A stretch of 64,000 nucleotides of DNA from Paracoccaceae bacterium. Lineage in GTDB: Bacteria > Pseudomonadota > Alphaproteobacteria > Rhodobacterales > Rhodobacteraceae. The notes beneath the pieces were generated by a model. It saw only the letters and a list, made by a program, of their open reading frames with translations. It searched no databases and had not been told where the DNA came from. This document shows, one piece after another, positions 1 to 8,648 of the stretch. Each line of letters opens with the position of its first letter. The first letter of the stretch is position 1. The position numbers and the translations under genes were made by a program. The stretch covers positions 14,000 to 77,999 of the forward strand of contig JBOFCO010000234.1 in the NCBI GenBank assembly GCA_051646105.1, given 5' to 3'.

Positions 1-2876
1 TCGGCCACCCCGGCGATACGCTGGCATCCGCGTTGCTGGCCAATGGCGTGAGGCTGATGGGCCGCAGCTTCAAGTACCACCGCCCCCGCGGACCAATGTC
101 GGCCGGATCAGAGGAACCCAACGCGCTGGTGCAGTTGCGCAGCGGTGCCCGACAGGAACCGAACACGCGGGCAACTGTGGCGGAACTGTTCGATGGGCTG
201 GAGGCGACCAGCCAGAACCGCTGGCCGTCCTTGCGCTTCGACGCGATGGCGGTGAACGACCGGCTGTCGGCCTTTTTCGCGGCGGGGTTCTATTACAAGA
301 CCTTCATGTGGCCGAAATCCTTCTGGGAAAAGCTGTACGAGCCGATGATCCGCCGCGCGGCGGGGCTTGGCGCGATGTCGCGGCAGGACGACCCGGATGA
401 ATATGACAAGGGCTTCCTGCACTGCGACCTGCTGGTAATCGGGGCCGGTCCTGCCGGGCTGATGGCGGCACTGACAGCGGCGCGGGCGGGCGCACGGGTG
501 ATCCTTGCGGATGAGGATTTCCGCATGGGCGGGCGGCTGAATGCCGAGACTTTCGCGTTGGGCGATCAGGACGGGGCCGATTGGGCGGCCGGGGTCGTCG
601 CTGAACTGACGACGATGCCGAATGTGCGGCTGTTGCCCCGGACCACCGTTGTCGGGGCCTTTGACCACGGCATCTATGGCGCGGTGGAACGGGTTTCAGA
701 CCACCTGTCGGTGCCACTGCCCGGCAAGCCGCGGCAGACGCTGTGGCGCATCTATTCGCGCCGCGCGGTGCTGGCGGGCGGGGCGACAGAACGGCCCATC
801 GCGTTTGAAAGCAACGACCGCCCGGGTATCATGCTGGCGGCCAGCTTGCGCGCCTATGCCAACCGCTGGGGCGTGGCGGTGGGCGACCGCGTGGCGGTGT
901 TCACCAACAACGACGACGGTTTGCGCAGCGCCCGCGATCTTCAAGCCTGCGGCGTGGATGTCGTGGCCGTGATCGACAGCCGTGATGGCGGCGACCTTCT
1001 GCCCGGCATCCGTCACCTGCGCGGGGCAGAGGTTGTGGACAGCGCCGGCCGGCTGGGGCTGGCATCGATCACCGTGCGGCAGGCCAATGGCAAGCATGAA
1101 ACCATCGCCTGTACGGCGCTGGGCGTTTCCGGTGGCTGGAATCCGAATGTCAACATCGCTTCGCACCACCGCGCCCGGCCCGTCTGGAACGAAACGCTGG
1201 CGGCTTTCGTTCCGGGGGAGGGCGGCCCACCCGGCCTGACGGCAGCGGGTGCGGCCTCTGGGGTAATGTCGACCCACGGCGCGCTTGTCAGCGGGCAGGC
1301 GGCGGCGCTGGCGGCGCTGTCCGATCTTGGGATCGCGGCAAAGGGCGATACGCTGCCGCAGGCCGAAGATGCGCCGGTTTCGATCACGCCGAAATGGTAT
1401 GTCGCGGGCGGCAAGGGCCGCGCCTGGATCGACCCGCAGAATGACGTGACCGTCAAGGATGTGAAGCTGGCGCATCAGGAAAACTTCGCATCCGTTGAAC
1501 ATCTGAAACGCTACACGACGCTTGGCATGGCCACAGACCAAGGCAAGACCGGTAATGTTCTTGGCCTTGCCGTGATGGCGGGGCTGACGGGCAAGACCAT
1601 TGCTGAAACCGGCACCACCATCTATCGTCCGCCCTATACGCCGGTTGCCATGGGCACATTGGCGGGACGGTCGCGGGGGAAGGATTTCAAACCTTTCCGC
1701 CTGACGCCCAGCCACAAATGGGCGGAAGAACAGGGCGCGGTCTTTGTCGAGGTGGGCATGTGGCTGCGCACGCAGTGGCTGCCGCGACCCGGCGAAACGA
1801 CATGGCGCGAAAGCGTGGACCGCGAGGTTCTGGCAACCCGCAGATCGGTTGGCATCTGTGATGTAACAACTCTGGGCAAGATCGACATTCAGGGCGCGGA
1901 TGCCGGGGCCTTTCTGGACAGGGTCTATTGCAACACGTTTTCGACCCTCGCCGTGGGCAAGTGCCGCTACGGGCTGATGCTGCGCGAGGACGGCATGGTG
2001 TTCGACGACGGCACCACGGCGCGGATGGGTGAGCATGAATATGTGATGACCACCACCACCGCCAATGCCGTGCCGGTGTTCCGGCATCTGGAATATGTGC
2101 GGCAGTGCCTGTTACCGGACATGGACGTGCAACTGGTTTCCACTACCGAAGCCTGGGCGCAATACTCGGTGGCCGGGCCGAACGCGCGCAAGCTGCTGCA
2201 AAAGATCGTCGATCAGGATATTTCCGATGCCGCTTTCCCCTATATGGGCGCGGGCAGTATCACCGTCTGCGGCGGGCTGCGTGCGCGGCTGTTCCGCATC
2301 AGCTTTTCCGGGGAACTGGCCTATGAAATCGCCGTGCCGACCCGCTATGGCGATGCGCTGATCCGAAAGCTGGTCGCGGCAGGGGCAGAATTCGATGCCG
2401 TCGTCTACGGGACAGAAGCGCTGGGCGTGATGCGGGTGGAAAAGGGCCATGTCGCGGGGAACGAGCTGAACGGGCAATCGTCCGCGCTGAACATGGGGCT
2501 TGGCAAGATGGTGTCGAAAAAGAAGGACAGCATCGGGATGGTGCTGTCACAACGCGAGGGGATGACCGACCCGAACGGCTACAGACTTGTGGGGGTGAAA
2601 CCCGTCGATCCGGCGGGAAAGCTGACGGCAGGCAGCCATTTCCTTGAAATCGGGGCCGATCCGGTGATCGAAAACGACGGCGGCTGGCTGACATCAAAGG
2701 TCTATTCCCCGCATCTGGGCCATGACATCGCGCTGGGCTATCTGAAGGGCGGCGATGCAAAGATCGGCAATCGGATGCGGGCGGTGAACCTGCTGGCGAA
2801 ACCACCGACCGATACAGAGGTTGAAATCGTCAGCCCGCATTTCTTCGATCCGGAAGGGGAGCGTCTTCGTGGCTGA
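1..2876 (+). CDS. soxA: Sarcosine-oxidase-family alpha subunit (SoxA type; by context possibly N-methylglutamate dehydrogenase subunit MgdC); 5' end lies outside the window
   Basis: The frame of ORF 33..2876 stays open to the window edge (in-frame GHPGDTLASALLANGV precedes the TTG at 33). Dinucleotide-binding motif LLVIGAGPAGLMAAL. C-terminal GcvT-like folate-binding half (ICDVTTLGKIDIQG). Followed by a coupled gamma-subunit gene. Confidence 0.9.
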   Translation, partial: GHPGDTLASALLANGVRLMGRSFKYHRPRGPMSAGSEEPNALVQLRSGARQEPNTRATVAELFDGLEATSQNRWPSLRFDAMAVNDRLSAFFAAGFYYKTFMWPKSFWEKLYEPMIRRAAGLGAMSRQDDPDEYDKGFLHCDLLVIGAGPAGLMAALTAARAGARVILADEDFRMGGRLNAETFALGDQDGADWAAGVVAELTTMPNVRLLPRTTVVGAFDHGIYGAVERVSDHLSVPLPGKPRQTLWRIYSRRAVLAGGATERPIAFESNDRPGIMLAASLRAYANRWGVAVGDRVAVFTNNDDGLRSARDLQACGVDVVAVIDSRDGGDLLPGIRHLRGAEVVDSAGRLGLASITVRQANGKHETIACTALGVSGGWNPNVNIASHHRARPVWNETLAAFVPGEGGPPGLTAAGAASGVMSTHGALVSGQAAALAALSDLGIAAKGDTLPQAEDAPVSITPKWYVAGGKGRAWIDPQNDVTVKDVKLAHQENFASVEHLKRYTTLGMATDQGKTGNVLGLAVMAGLTGKTIAETGTTIYRPPYTPVAMGTLAGRSRGKDFKPFRLTPSHKWAEEQGAVFVEVGMWLRTQWLPRPGETTWRESVDREVLATRRSVGICDVTTLGKIDIQGADAGAFLDRVYCNTFSTLAVGKCRYGLMLREDGMVFDDGTTARMGEHEYVMTTTTANAVPVFRHLEYVRQCLLPDMDVQLVSTTEAWAQYSVAGPNARKLLQKIVDQDISDAAFPYMGAGSITVCGGLRARLFRISFSGELAYEIAVPTRYGDALIRKLVAAGAEFDAVVYGTEALGVMRVEKGHVAGNELNGQSSALNMGLGKMVSKKKDSIGMVLSQREGMTDPNGYRLVGVKPVDPAGKLTAGSHFLEIGADPVIENDGGWLTSKVYSPHLGHDIALGYLKGGDAKIGNRMRAVNLLAKPPTDTEVEIVSPHFFDPEGERLRG

Positions 2877-3435
2877 GCATGGCTTGAACCCGCTGACCGC
2901 CCTTGGTCATCACGCGCCGGAGATGGTCGAGATCGGGCCGTATCGGATCGTGGAACGTTTCGACCTGGCTTTGGCATCGCTCGCGGTGCGGCGGGGTCGC
3001 GATGGCGATGTGGCAAGGGCGGCAAAGGCCGCGCAGCTGCCGCTGCCCGGCCCGATGCAGGCCGAAAGCGGCCCTGTCTGGGCCAGCTTCTGGATGACGC
3101 CGGATATGTGGATGGTCGAAGCGCCTTTTGCTAGCCACGAAGACATAGCCTCGCATCTGAAGGCAACCTTTGGGGATGCCGCTTCCATCACCGAACAGAC
3201 GGATGCCTGGGTGCGGTTTGATATCAGCGCGCCCGATCCGGTGCCGTTGTTCGAACGTCTGTCAAATATCGATCTGGCCAAGGCCCCGGCCGGTTTCGCC
3301 TGCCGCACGGTGATCGAGCATCTGGGCTGCTATCTGATCAAGCGTGCAGTGGACGATGTCACGCTTTATGGCCCGCGATCTTCTGCCAGAAGCCTGCTGC
3401 ACGCGCTGGAAGTGGCGGCGCGTTCGGTGACCTGA
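2869..3435 (+). CDS. soxG: Sarcosine-oxidase-family gamma subunit (SoxG/MgdD type)
   Basis: ORF 2821..3435. A GTG at 2869 overlaps the soxA stop (GTGGCTGA), which suggests translational coupling. Size (~188 aa) and position directly after the alpha subunit fit a gamma subunit. The start codon is inferred. Confidence 0.7.
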   Translation: MAEHGLNPLTALGHHAPEMVEIGPYRIVERFDLALASLAVRRGRDGDVARAAKAAQLPLPGPMQAESGPVWASFWMTPDMWMVEAPFASHEDIASHLKATFGDAASITEQTDAWVRFDISAPDPVPLFERLSNIDLAKAPAGFACRTVIEHLGCYLIKRAVDDVTLYGPRSSARSLLHALEVAARSVT

Positions 3436-3566
3436 GCGTGTCAGATAAAAGTGAACTCCGGTTTTGTCGCCCGACACGCGAAAATCAAAAGAGCTGCGCG
3501 CAATTCTTGCGTGCAGGGGTGTTTCCTTATAGTGAAATTCTGAGTGGATTTTAAAAGGTCACGCCG

Positions 3567-4226
3567 ATGCCCAAGGCCGATGTTCAGCCCCTGTTGCCCC
3601 GCGGAAAGCCCGCTTTCGATCAGGATCCGCACCGTGTTCGCGAGATTTCGGAACGCAATCTGGAAGCAGCCATCGGGCGCGAGGTGCGGAATTTCCGCCG
3701 CCAGCAGGGCATGACGGTCGCCGATCTGGCGGCTGTGACCGGGCTTTCCATCGGAATGCTGTCCAAGATCGAAAACGGCAATACCTCGCCCTCCCTCACC
3801 ACGTTGCAGGTGCTGAGCCACGCCTTTTCCGTGCCGGTGACGGCGTTTTTCAAAAGCTATGAGGAACGGCGCGAGGCGCAGCATGTAAAGGCGGGCGAGC
3901 ATATCGAGATCGAACGGCGCGGCACCCGGGCCGGACATCAATACAACCTGCTTGGCCATATCGGCTCGAACTCATCCGGTGTGGTGGTCGAGCCGTATCT
4001 GATCACCCTGACCACGGAAAGCGATACCTTTCCGGCTTTTCAGCATGACGGGCTGGAACTGCTTTACATGCTGGAAGGGGAGGTCGATTACCGTCACGGC
4101 GATCAGGTTTATCCGCTGAAAGCGGGTGACAGTCTGTTTTTCGATGCCGATGCGCCGCATGGGCCGGAAGTGCTGGTAAAGCTGCCCGCGCGTTATCTTT
4201 CGGTAATTTCCTACCCGCAGCGCTAA
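3567..4226 (+). CDS. XRE-family transcriptional regulator with C-terminal cupin domain
   Basis: HTH_3-like segment GMTVADLAAVTGLSIGMLSKIENGNTSPSLTTL. Cupin-like segment LLYMLEGEVDYRHGDQVYPLKAGDSLFFDADAPHGPE. Confidence 0.85.
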   Translation: MPKADVQPLLPRGKPAFDQDPHRVREISERNLEAAIGREVRNFRRQQGMTVADLAAVTGLSIGMLSKIENGNTSPSLTTLQVLSHAFSVPVTAFFKSYEERREAQHVKAGEHIEIERRGTRAGHQYNLLGHIGSNSSGVVVEPYLITLTTESDTFPAFQHDGLELLYMLEGEVDYRHGDQVYPLKAGDSLFFDADAPHGPEVLVKLPARYLSVISYPQR

Positions 4227-4492
4227 CCGGGCTTGTGTGACCAGACAGCATGGCGGATGCGCGCGAAGCGATAGGCATCCAGGATCGACATTGCCCAGAC
4301 GAACAGCCCGCCCGCGAACTTGCCGACCACCGAAACCTCTGGTGCGGCGGTTTTCAGGGTGAAGCCGCCGAGCAGGATGATGAAGAACACGAAGATCAGT
4401 CCGCGCACCGGCTGGCGGTTCAGCACCTGCCCGACACCGGGAAGGATGACGGCGACGGCCAGAACCAGCCAGGGCGACAATGGCCTTGTCAT
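4223..4492 (-). CDS. Small integral membrane protein (about 3 hydrophobic helices), function unknown
   Basis: 89-aa ORF with hydrophobic stretches (LVLAVAVILPGVG, LIFVFFIILLGGF, LFVWAMSIL). Its start overlaps the stop of the upstream ORF by 4 nt (4489..4492). Confidence 0.5.
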   Translation of the reverse strand: MTRPLSPWLVLAVAVILPGVGQVLNRQPVRGLIFVFFIILLGGFTLKTAAPEVSVVGKFAGGLFVWAMSILDAYRFARIRHAVWSHKPG

Positions 4493-5166
4493 GCAGCATC
4501 CTTCGCTTGTGCGATCAGATCATCGCGCAGCGCGCGCAATCTGTCGAGGATCGGGGCAAGGCGTGCGGACGGCAGCGGCGTCATCCCGACCTCGCCGTCG
4601 CGAAAGATCAGGTAGCGGCCCCGGTCGGCCTCATCCCCCAGAATGACGATGCGCAGGCCTTTGGGCGAAATCACCAGCTCCTTCACGCGCGGGTCGTCAA
4701 ACAAGGCCGCATGACGGGCAAGGATGTGTTCGGGCGGGATACGGGCGGCATCGTCGCTGCGGATGCCGGTTCCTTCCGGCAGGAAAGCTGGGCAGGGCAG
4801 CGATTGCGGCAGGGTCGCAAAGGCTGAAAACGGCTCGTTTCCGGTCGGCCTTGTCATGATGTTCAGCGTGGCGCGCATCGGCATCGGCGCGGGCAGCGTC
4901 ACCATGACCCACAGAGCGGGCAACTTGCGGAAGGTCAGGCTGTCCGGCAGCGCCTGCAGGTCAAATGCGTCGGTCCCGCGCCGGGCTGTCAGTCGGGGGA
5001 AGCCCGTTGGCTGGGTCTGTACGCTGGTGCTGTCGAACAGCGGCATGACAGCGGAGAAATAGGCTGACCGTGCCTGGCTGCGGACACGGGCGGCGCGCAA
5101 GGTCAGCACGCCCAGCCACAGAACGACTGCACCAAGAGCGATAGCCAGAAGGACGGGGAGGGTCAT
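4489..5166 (-). CDS. Hypothetical protein with N-terminal membrane anchor
   Basis: 225-aa ORF with N-terminal hydrophobic helix MTLPVLLAIALGAVVLWLGVLTL. It sits 51 nt downstream of the permease gene on the same strand. I recognise no family. Confidence 0.45.
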   Translation of the reverse strand: MTLPVLLAIALGAVVLWLGVLTLRAARVRSQARSAYFSAVMPLFDSTSVQTQPTGFPRLTARRGTDAFDLQALPDSLTFRKLPALWVMVTLPAPMPMRATLNIMTRPTGNEPFSAFATLPQSLPCPAFLPEGTGIRSDDAARIPPEHILARHAALFDDPRVKELVISPKGLRIVILGDEADRGRYLIFRDGEVGMTPLPSARLAPILDRLRALRDDLIAQAKDAA

Positions 5167-5217
5167 GAGGGTGCCGGCAAAGGGACACGGCCCGCCAGGC
5201 AGGCGGGCCGTGTCGGA

Positions 5218-6654
5218 TCAATAGCCACGTGGTTTTGGCCAGGGCATGGTGAACTGTGCGCCCCGGTTCACAAAGCGGTAGCGCCAGAAGTGGAACCAGA
5301 GCGACACCACGATGTAGAAGCCGATCATCGCCACAAGCTGCGTGCCATAGCCCAGGAACACCGCAAAGAAGGTGATTCCGCACAGGCACAGCAGCACGAT
5401 GGCGGGCAGCGGGTGGAACGGGTGTTCATAGCCACGCTTGATCGTGCCCATCGGCCATTTCCGGCGGAACAGGATGATGTTCAGCGGCATGAAAGTGTAT
5501 TCCAGAAGCCCCGACAGGATCGAGAAGGTGATGACCTGATCCAGCGGCGCGCCAAGGGCGAAGATGAGCGCGATCGGCACAAGGAAGATGATCGCGCGAT
5601 AGGGGGTGCGGTATTTCGGATGCACGGCCCCGAACCAGCCGGGCAGATACTTGTCGCGTCCCATGGCAAACCAGGCGCGGCTGGCATCGTTGATGCAGCC
5701 GTTGGCGGATGCCAGGGTGGCGAACAGCGTGCCGAAACCCAGCAGCCAGATCAGCCCGTTCGATCCCGACAGCCGCGCGGTATCAAACAGCGGTGCCACC
5801 GATCCGTTCACACCATCGCCCAGAAACTCCCACGGCAGCACACCGGAACAGATATACCAGGTCAGCGTGGCGGCGATCAGCAGGGTCATGATGCCTGCCA
5901 GCGTGCCGAACGGCAGCGCACGGGCGGGGGAGCGGACTTCTTCCGCCGCCTGCGTCGTGCCCTCGATCCCAAGGTAATACCACAGGCCGAAGTGCATCGC
6001 TGCGAGAACGCCGATCCAGCCATAAGGCATTTCATGGCCCGCAAAAAGGTCGGCGTGATGCATGATGCCGTCGCCAATAATGCCCGAGGTGGACAGGAAC
6101 AGGATCAGGATCGCGACAAAAGCAATGGCGGTGATGACCAGGTTAAAGGTCAGCGTCGCCAGAACGCCGCGATAGTTCAGCCATGCAAGGAACATGATGA
6201 CGAGGATGATGAAGGGCCGCTGGTCCAGCGTGCCTGCATACCCCGACATGGTGGCCACGACCGAAAACAGGTAGCCCGCTGTGATCGCGTTCGCCGCTTC
6301 CAGCATCGTGTAGGCGAAGACAAGATACAGCCCGACGTTAAAGGCCATCAGCGGCCCCACGATGTGCTTGGCCTGCGTATACTGCCCGCCTGCGGCCGCG
6401 ACGGTGGAGGTGACTTCCGAGTCGATCATGGCGACGCAGGTGTAAAGAATACCTGCAAACCAGCAGGCAATCAGCGCGGCATAGGCGCCACCTTTGCCAA
6501 CGGCAAAGTTCCAACCCATGTATTCGCCCACCAGAACGATGCCCACGCCAAGTGCCCAGACATGTGCCGGGCCAAGCACGCGCAGCAGGCCGACCTTGGT
6601 GCCATGTGGCCCCATGCCGTCCATCGTTTTCGAAGTGATGTCGATGTCTGACAT
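5218..6654 (-). CDS. APC-superfamily permease, ethanolamine-permease-like
   Basis: 478 aa, about 12 hydrophobic helices. The N-terminal region LLRVLGPAHVWALGVGIVLVGEYMGWNF resembles the ethanolamine/amino-acid permease family. The long antisense ORF 5290..6651 is a shadow. Confidence 0.85.
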   Translation of the reverse strand: MSDIDITSKTMDGMGPHGTKVGLLRVLGPAHVWALGVGIVLVGEYMGWNFAVGKGGAYAALIACWFAGILYTCVAMIDSEVTSTVAAAGGQYTQAKHIVGPLMAFNVGLYLVFAYTMLEAANAITAGYLFSVVATMSGYAGTLDQRPFIILVIMFLAWLNYRGVLATLTFNLVITAIAFVAILILFLSTSGIIGDGIMHHADLFAGHEMPYGWIGVLAAMHFGLWYYLGIEGTTQAAEEVRSPARALPFGTLAGIMTLLIAATLTWYICSGVLPWEFLGDGVNGSVAPLFDTARLSGSNGLIWLLGFGTLFATLASANGCINDASRAWFAMGRDKYLPGWFGAVHPKYRTPYRAIIFLVPIALIFALGAPLDQVITFSILSGLLEYTFMPLNIILFRRKWPMGTIKRGYEHPFHPLPAIVLLCLCGITFFAVFLGYGTQLVAMIGFYIVVSLWFHFWRYRFVNRGAQFTMPWPKPRGY

Positions 6655-6660
6655 GATGCC

Positions 6661-6828
6661 CTAGCCCCTGTGCTCTTCGGTCATGGCCTCAAGCTCTCCC
6701 TCGCGGGAGGAGGTCAGGACATCTTCGGAATAGGTGCTGTCGGTCTTGAACCAGTCGATCAGCATGTACAGGCCGAGGATCGCAGAAAGCCCCCAGGCCG
6801 CATATTCGAGGTAATTCCAGGTTTCCAT
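6661..6828 (-). CDS. Small single-pass membrane protein (55 aa), absent from the supplied ORF track
   Basis: Hand translation of the minus strand gives METWNYLEYAAWGLSAILGLYMLIDWFKTDSTYSEDVLTSSREGELEAMTEEHRG. The ATG at 6828 lies 9 nt after the stop of the upstream ORF, with a GGGGG Shine-Dalgarno-like run. The stop at 6661 lies 6 nt before the permease ATG. It fills an otherwise unexplained gap. Confidence 0.45.
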   Translation of the reverse strand: METWNYLEYAAWGLSAILGLYMLIDWFKTDSTYSEDVLTSSREGELEAMTEEHRG

Positions 6829-6837
6829 CGCAGCCCC

Positions 6838-7218
6838 CTATTTGCCGCCGAATTTTTCAGAGATCACTTCGCGATATTCGGACTCGGAAAAACGCAGCAT
6901 CAGCACGTAGTAGGCCACGATGACGGCAACCATCAGGATCAGCGCACCGAAGCCGAAACTGTAATCGAAGCGGGCCAGGATCAGGTCATGGGCGCTTTCG
7001 GGGGTGTAGCCCAGCGCTTCGTATCTGGCCGCCTGTGCGGGGGTCTGGCCAAGCGCCTCCCATGTCGGATTCTCAACGGGCGTAGCTACGGTTTTTGACG
7101 AACCCGCCAGCCCTATCCACAGGGGAACGAACAGCGCGCCGACGGTCAGGGCGACAAGAACGACAACATCGACCAGCTGGCTGAGCTTGCTTTGCCTGGG
7201 TGGATCATAATGTGCCAC
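6838..7218 (-). CDS. Two-helix membrane protein, function unknown
   Basis: 126-aa ORF with hydrophobic segments VVVLVALTVGALFVPLWIGLAG and FGALILMVAVIVAYYVLML. Tightly packed between two other small membrane ORFs upstream of the permease. Confidence 0.55.
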   Translation of the reverse strand: MAHYDPPRQSKLSQLVDVVVLVALTVGALFVPLWIGLAGSSKTVATPVENPTWEALGQTPAQAARYEALGYTPESAHDLILARFDYSFGFGALILMVAVIVAYYVLMLRFSESEYREVISEKFGGK

Positions 7219-7221
7219 AGG

Positions 7222-7509
7222 TCAGCCCTTTCTGCTGCGGGCTTCATCAAGAAACTTGATGTCCAGCCCGTATATGAAATCGCGGTCTTCGCGGTAATGG
7301 CGCAGCATCGCCAGGATCGCCCCTGTGTTGAACACCAGAATGATCGCCCCGCCGATCAACAGCAGGATGCGGGCAGCCCCGGTCGGGGCAAGATCCCAGG
7401 TTGCGGTGGCGACAAAGATCATCGCCAGCCAAAGGCCGATCACAAACGCCCATGCGACAAGCACGTCACGTTTGTGCATGGCCTCAATCCGTTGATTAAG
7501 GTCAGACAC
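7222..7509 (-). CDS. Small membrane protein (2 helices), function unknown
   Basis: ORF 7222..7614. I prefer the GTG at 7509 because a GGGAGG lies 6 nt upstream (product MSDLNQRIEAMHKRDVLVAWAFVIGLWLAMIFV...). Its stop is 3 nt from the start of the next ORF. Confidence 0.5.
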   Translation of the reverse strand: MSDLNQRIEAMHKRDVLVAWAFVIGLWLAMIFVATATWDLAPTGAARILLLIGGAIILVFNTGAILAMLRHYREDRDFIYGLDIKFLDEARSRKG

Positions 7510-7583
7510 GGTTTTCCTCCCACCCGGGCCGGGTTCGTGCCGGTTTTGGCGTGGCCCGTCGCCGTTTTCTTTCCGGCAAATTT

Positions 7584-7601
7584 GTTTTCTGAAAGGAAAA
7601 C
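7584..7601. promoter_or_regulatory. Inverted repeat GTTTTC-N6-GAAAAC in the divergent mgsA / permease-operon control region
   Basis: Sequence GTTTTCTGAAAGGAAAAC read directly. It lies in the 238-bp divergent intergenic region. Confidence 0.3.
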
Positions 7602-7667
7602 GAACCTGCGACATTCTGTCAAGGAAAACCGGGAATGTCCGACCCGTAAGGAATCAGTTTCCCGTTG

Positions 7668-7687
7668 GGTGAAAAAAGTTTCTCACC
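7668..7687. promoter_or_regulatory. Imperfect palindrome GGTGAAAAA-AG-TTTCTCACC about 60 nt upstream of mgsA
   Basis: 8 of 9 arm positions are complementary. It contains a TTTCTCAC core that recurs upstream of dmmD (17191..17206), and as TTTCTCGC upstream of the APC permease (15109..15117). Confidence 0.35.
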
Positions 7688-7747
7688 AGTTGAAGTGCGG
7701 ATTCTTCGGTGCTAGCGTTCATTCAATGACTGAAAGGAGACGAATCC

Positions 7748-8644
7748 ATGTGTGGTATCGTTGGGCTTTTTCTGAAGGATCCCAAGCTGGAACCGAAGCT
7801 GGGCGCGATGTTGACCGACATGCTGGTCACGATGACCGACCGGGGCCCGGATTCCGCAGGGATCGCGATTTATTCAGGCGCGAAGGACGGTATCGGCAAA
7901 ATTACCGTGCAGTCGGCAAAGCCGGACACGGATTTCAGGAACCTTGACGAGGACCTGAAAGACGCCATCGGCAAGCCGGTATTGATGCTGGTGAAAAATA
8001 CCCATGCCGTGCTGGAAGTACCGGTTGATCAACTGGAGGCCGCGCGTTCGGCCTTGGCGCACCTTCGCCCGGACATCAAAGTGATGAGCGCGGGCGACAG
8101 CATCGAGATTTTCAAGGAGGTCGGTCTGCCCAAGGACGTCGCGGCGCGCTTTGGCGTGTCAAAGATGCGTGGAACGCATGGCATTGGTCACACCCGCATG
8201 GCAACGGAAAGCGCGGTCACGACGATGGGCGCGCATCCGTTTTCCACCGGGTCTGACCAGTGCCTTGTTCATAACGGATCGCTTTCCAACCACAACGGCG
8301 TGCGGCGCGAACTGAAGCGTCATGGGATGACATTCGAGACCGAAAATGACACCGAAGTCGCCGCAGCATTCATCAGCCACAAGCTTCAGGAAGGCGGCAA
8401 GCTGGGTGAGGCGATGGAAGCGACGCTGACCGATCTGGACGGCTTTTTCACCTTTGTCGTGGGCACCAAGAATGGCTTCGGTGTGGTCCGTGATCCCATC
8501 GCCTGCAAGCCTGCGGTGATGGCGGAAACCGACCAGTATGTCGCCTTCGGATCCGAATATCGCGCGCTGGTGAACCTGCCCGGTATCGAGGATGCGCGTG
8601 TGTGGGAGCCGGAACCGGCGACAGTGTATTTCTGGGAGCGTTGA
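7748..8644 (+). CDS. mgsA: N-methylglutamate synthase subunit A (class-II glutamine amidotransferase-like)
   Basis: N-terminal nucleophile MCGIVGLF and the GHTRMATES motif. First gene of a GATase / GXGXG / FMN-glutamate-synthase-like triad followed by a GS-like gene, which is the canonical mgsABC-gmaS layout. Confidence 0.85.
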   Translation: MCGIVGLFLKDPKLEPKLGAMLTDMLVTMTDRGPDSAGIAIYSGAKDGIGKITVQSAKPDTDFRNLDEDLKDAIGKPVLMLVKNTHAVLEVPVDQLEAARSALAHLRPDIKVMSAGDSIEIFKEVGLPKDVAARFGVSKMRGTHGIGHTRMATESAVTTMGAHPFSTGSDQCLVHNGSLSNHNGVRRELKRHGMTFETENDTEVAAAFISHKLQEGGKLGEAMEATLTDLDGFFTFVVGTKNGFGVVRDPIACKPAVMAETDQYVAFGSEYRALVNLPGIEDARVWEPEPATVYFWER

Positions 8645-8648
8645 GCGA

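Noticed and set aside
696-2087. 463-aa minus-strand ORF (plus many shorter ones) antisense to soxA
   Set aside because: A shadow ORF in a GC-rich gene. The plus frame has unambiguous SoxA motifs.
5290-6651. 453-aa plus-strand ORF covering almost the whole permease gene in antisense
   Set aside because: Arg/Gly/Asp/His-rich low-complexity translation with no recognisable domain. This is a typical stop-poor shadow frame of a high-GC gene, whereas the minus-strand frame encodes a clean 12-helix APC permease.
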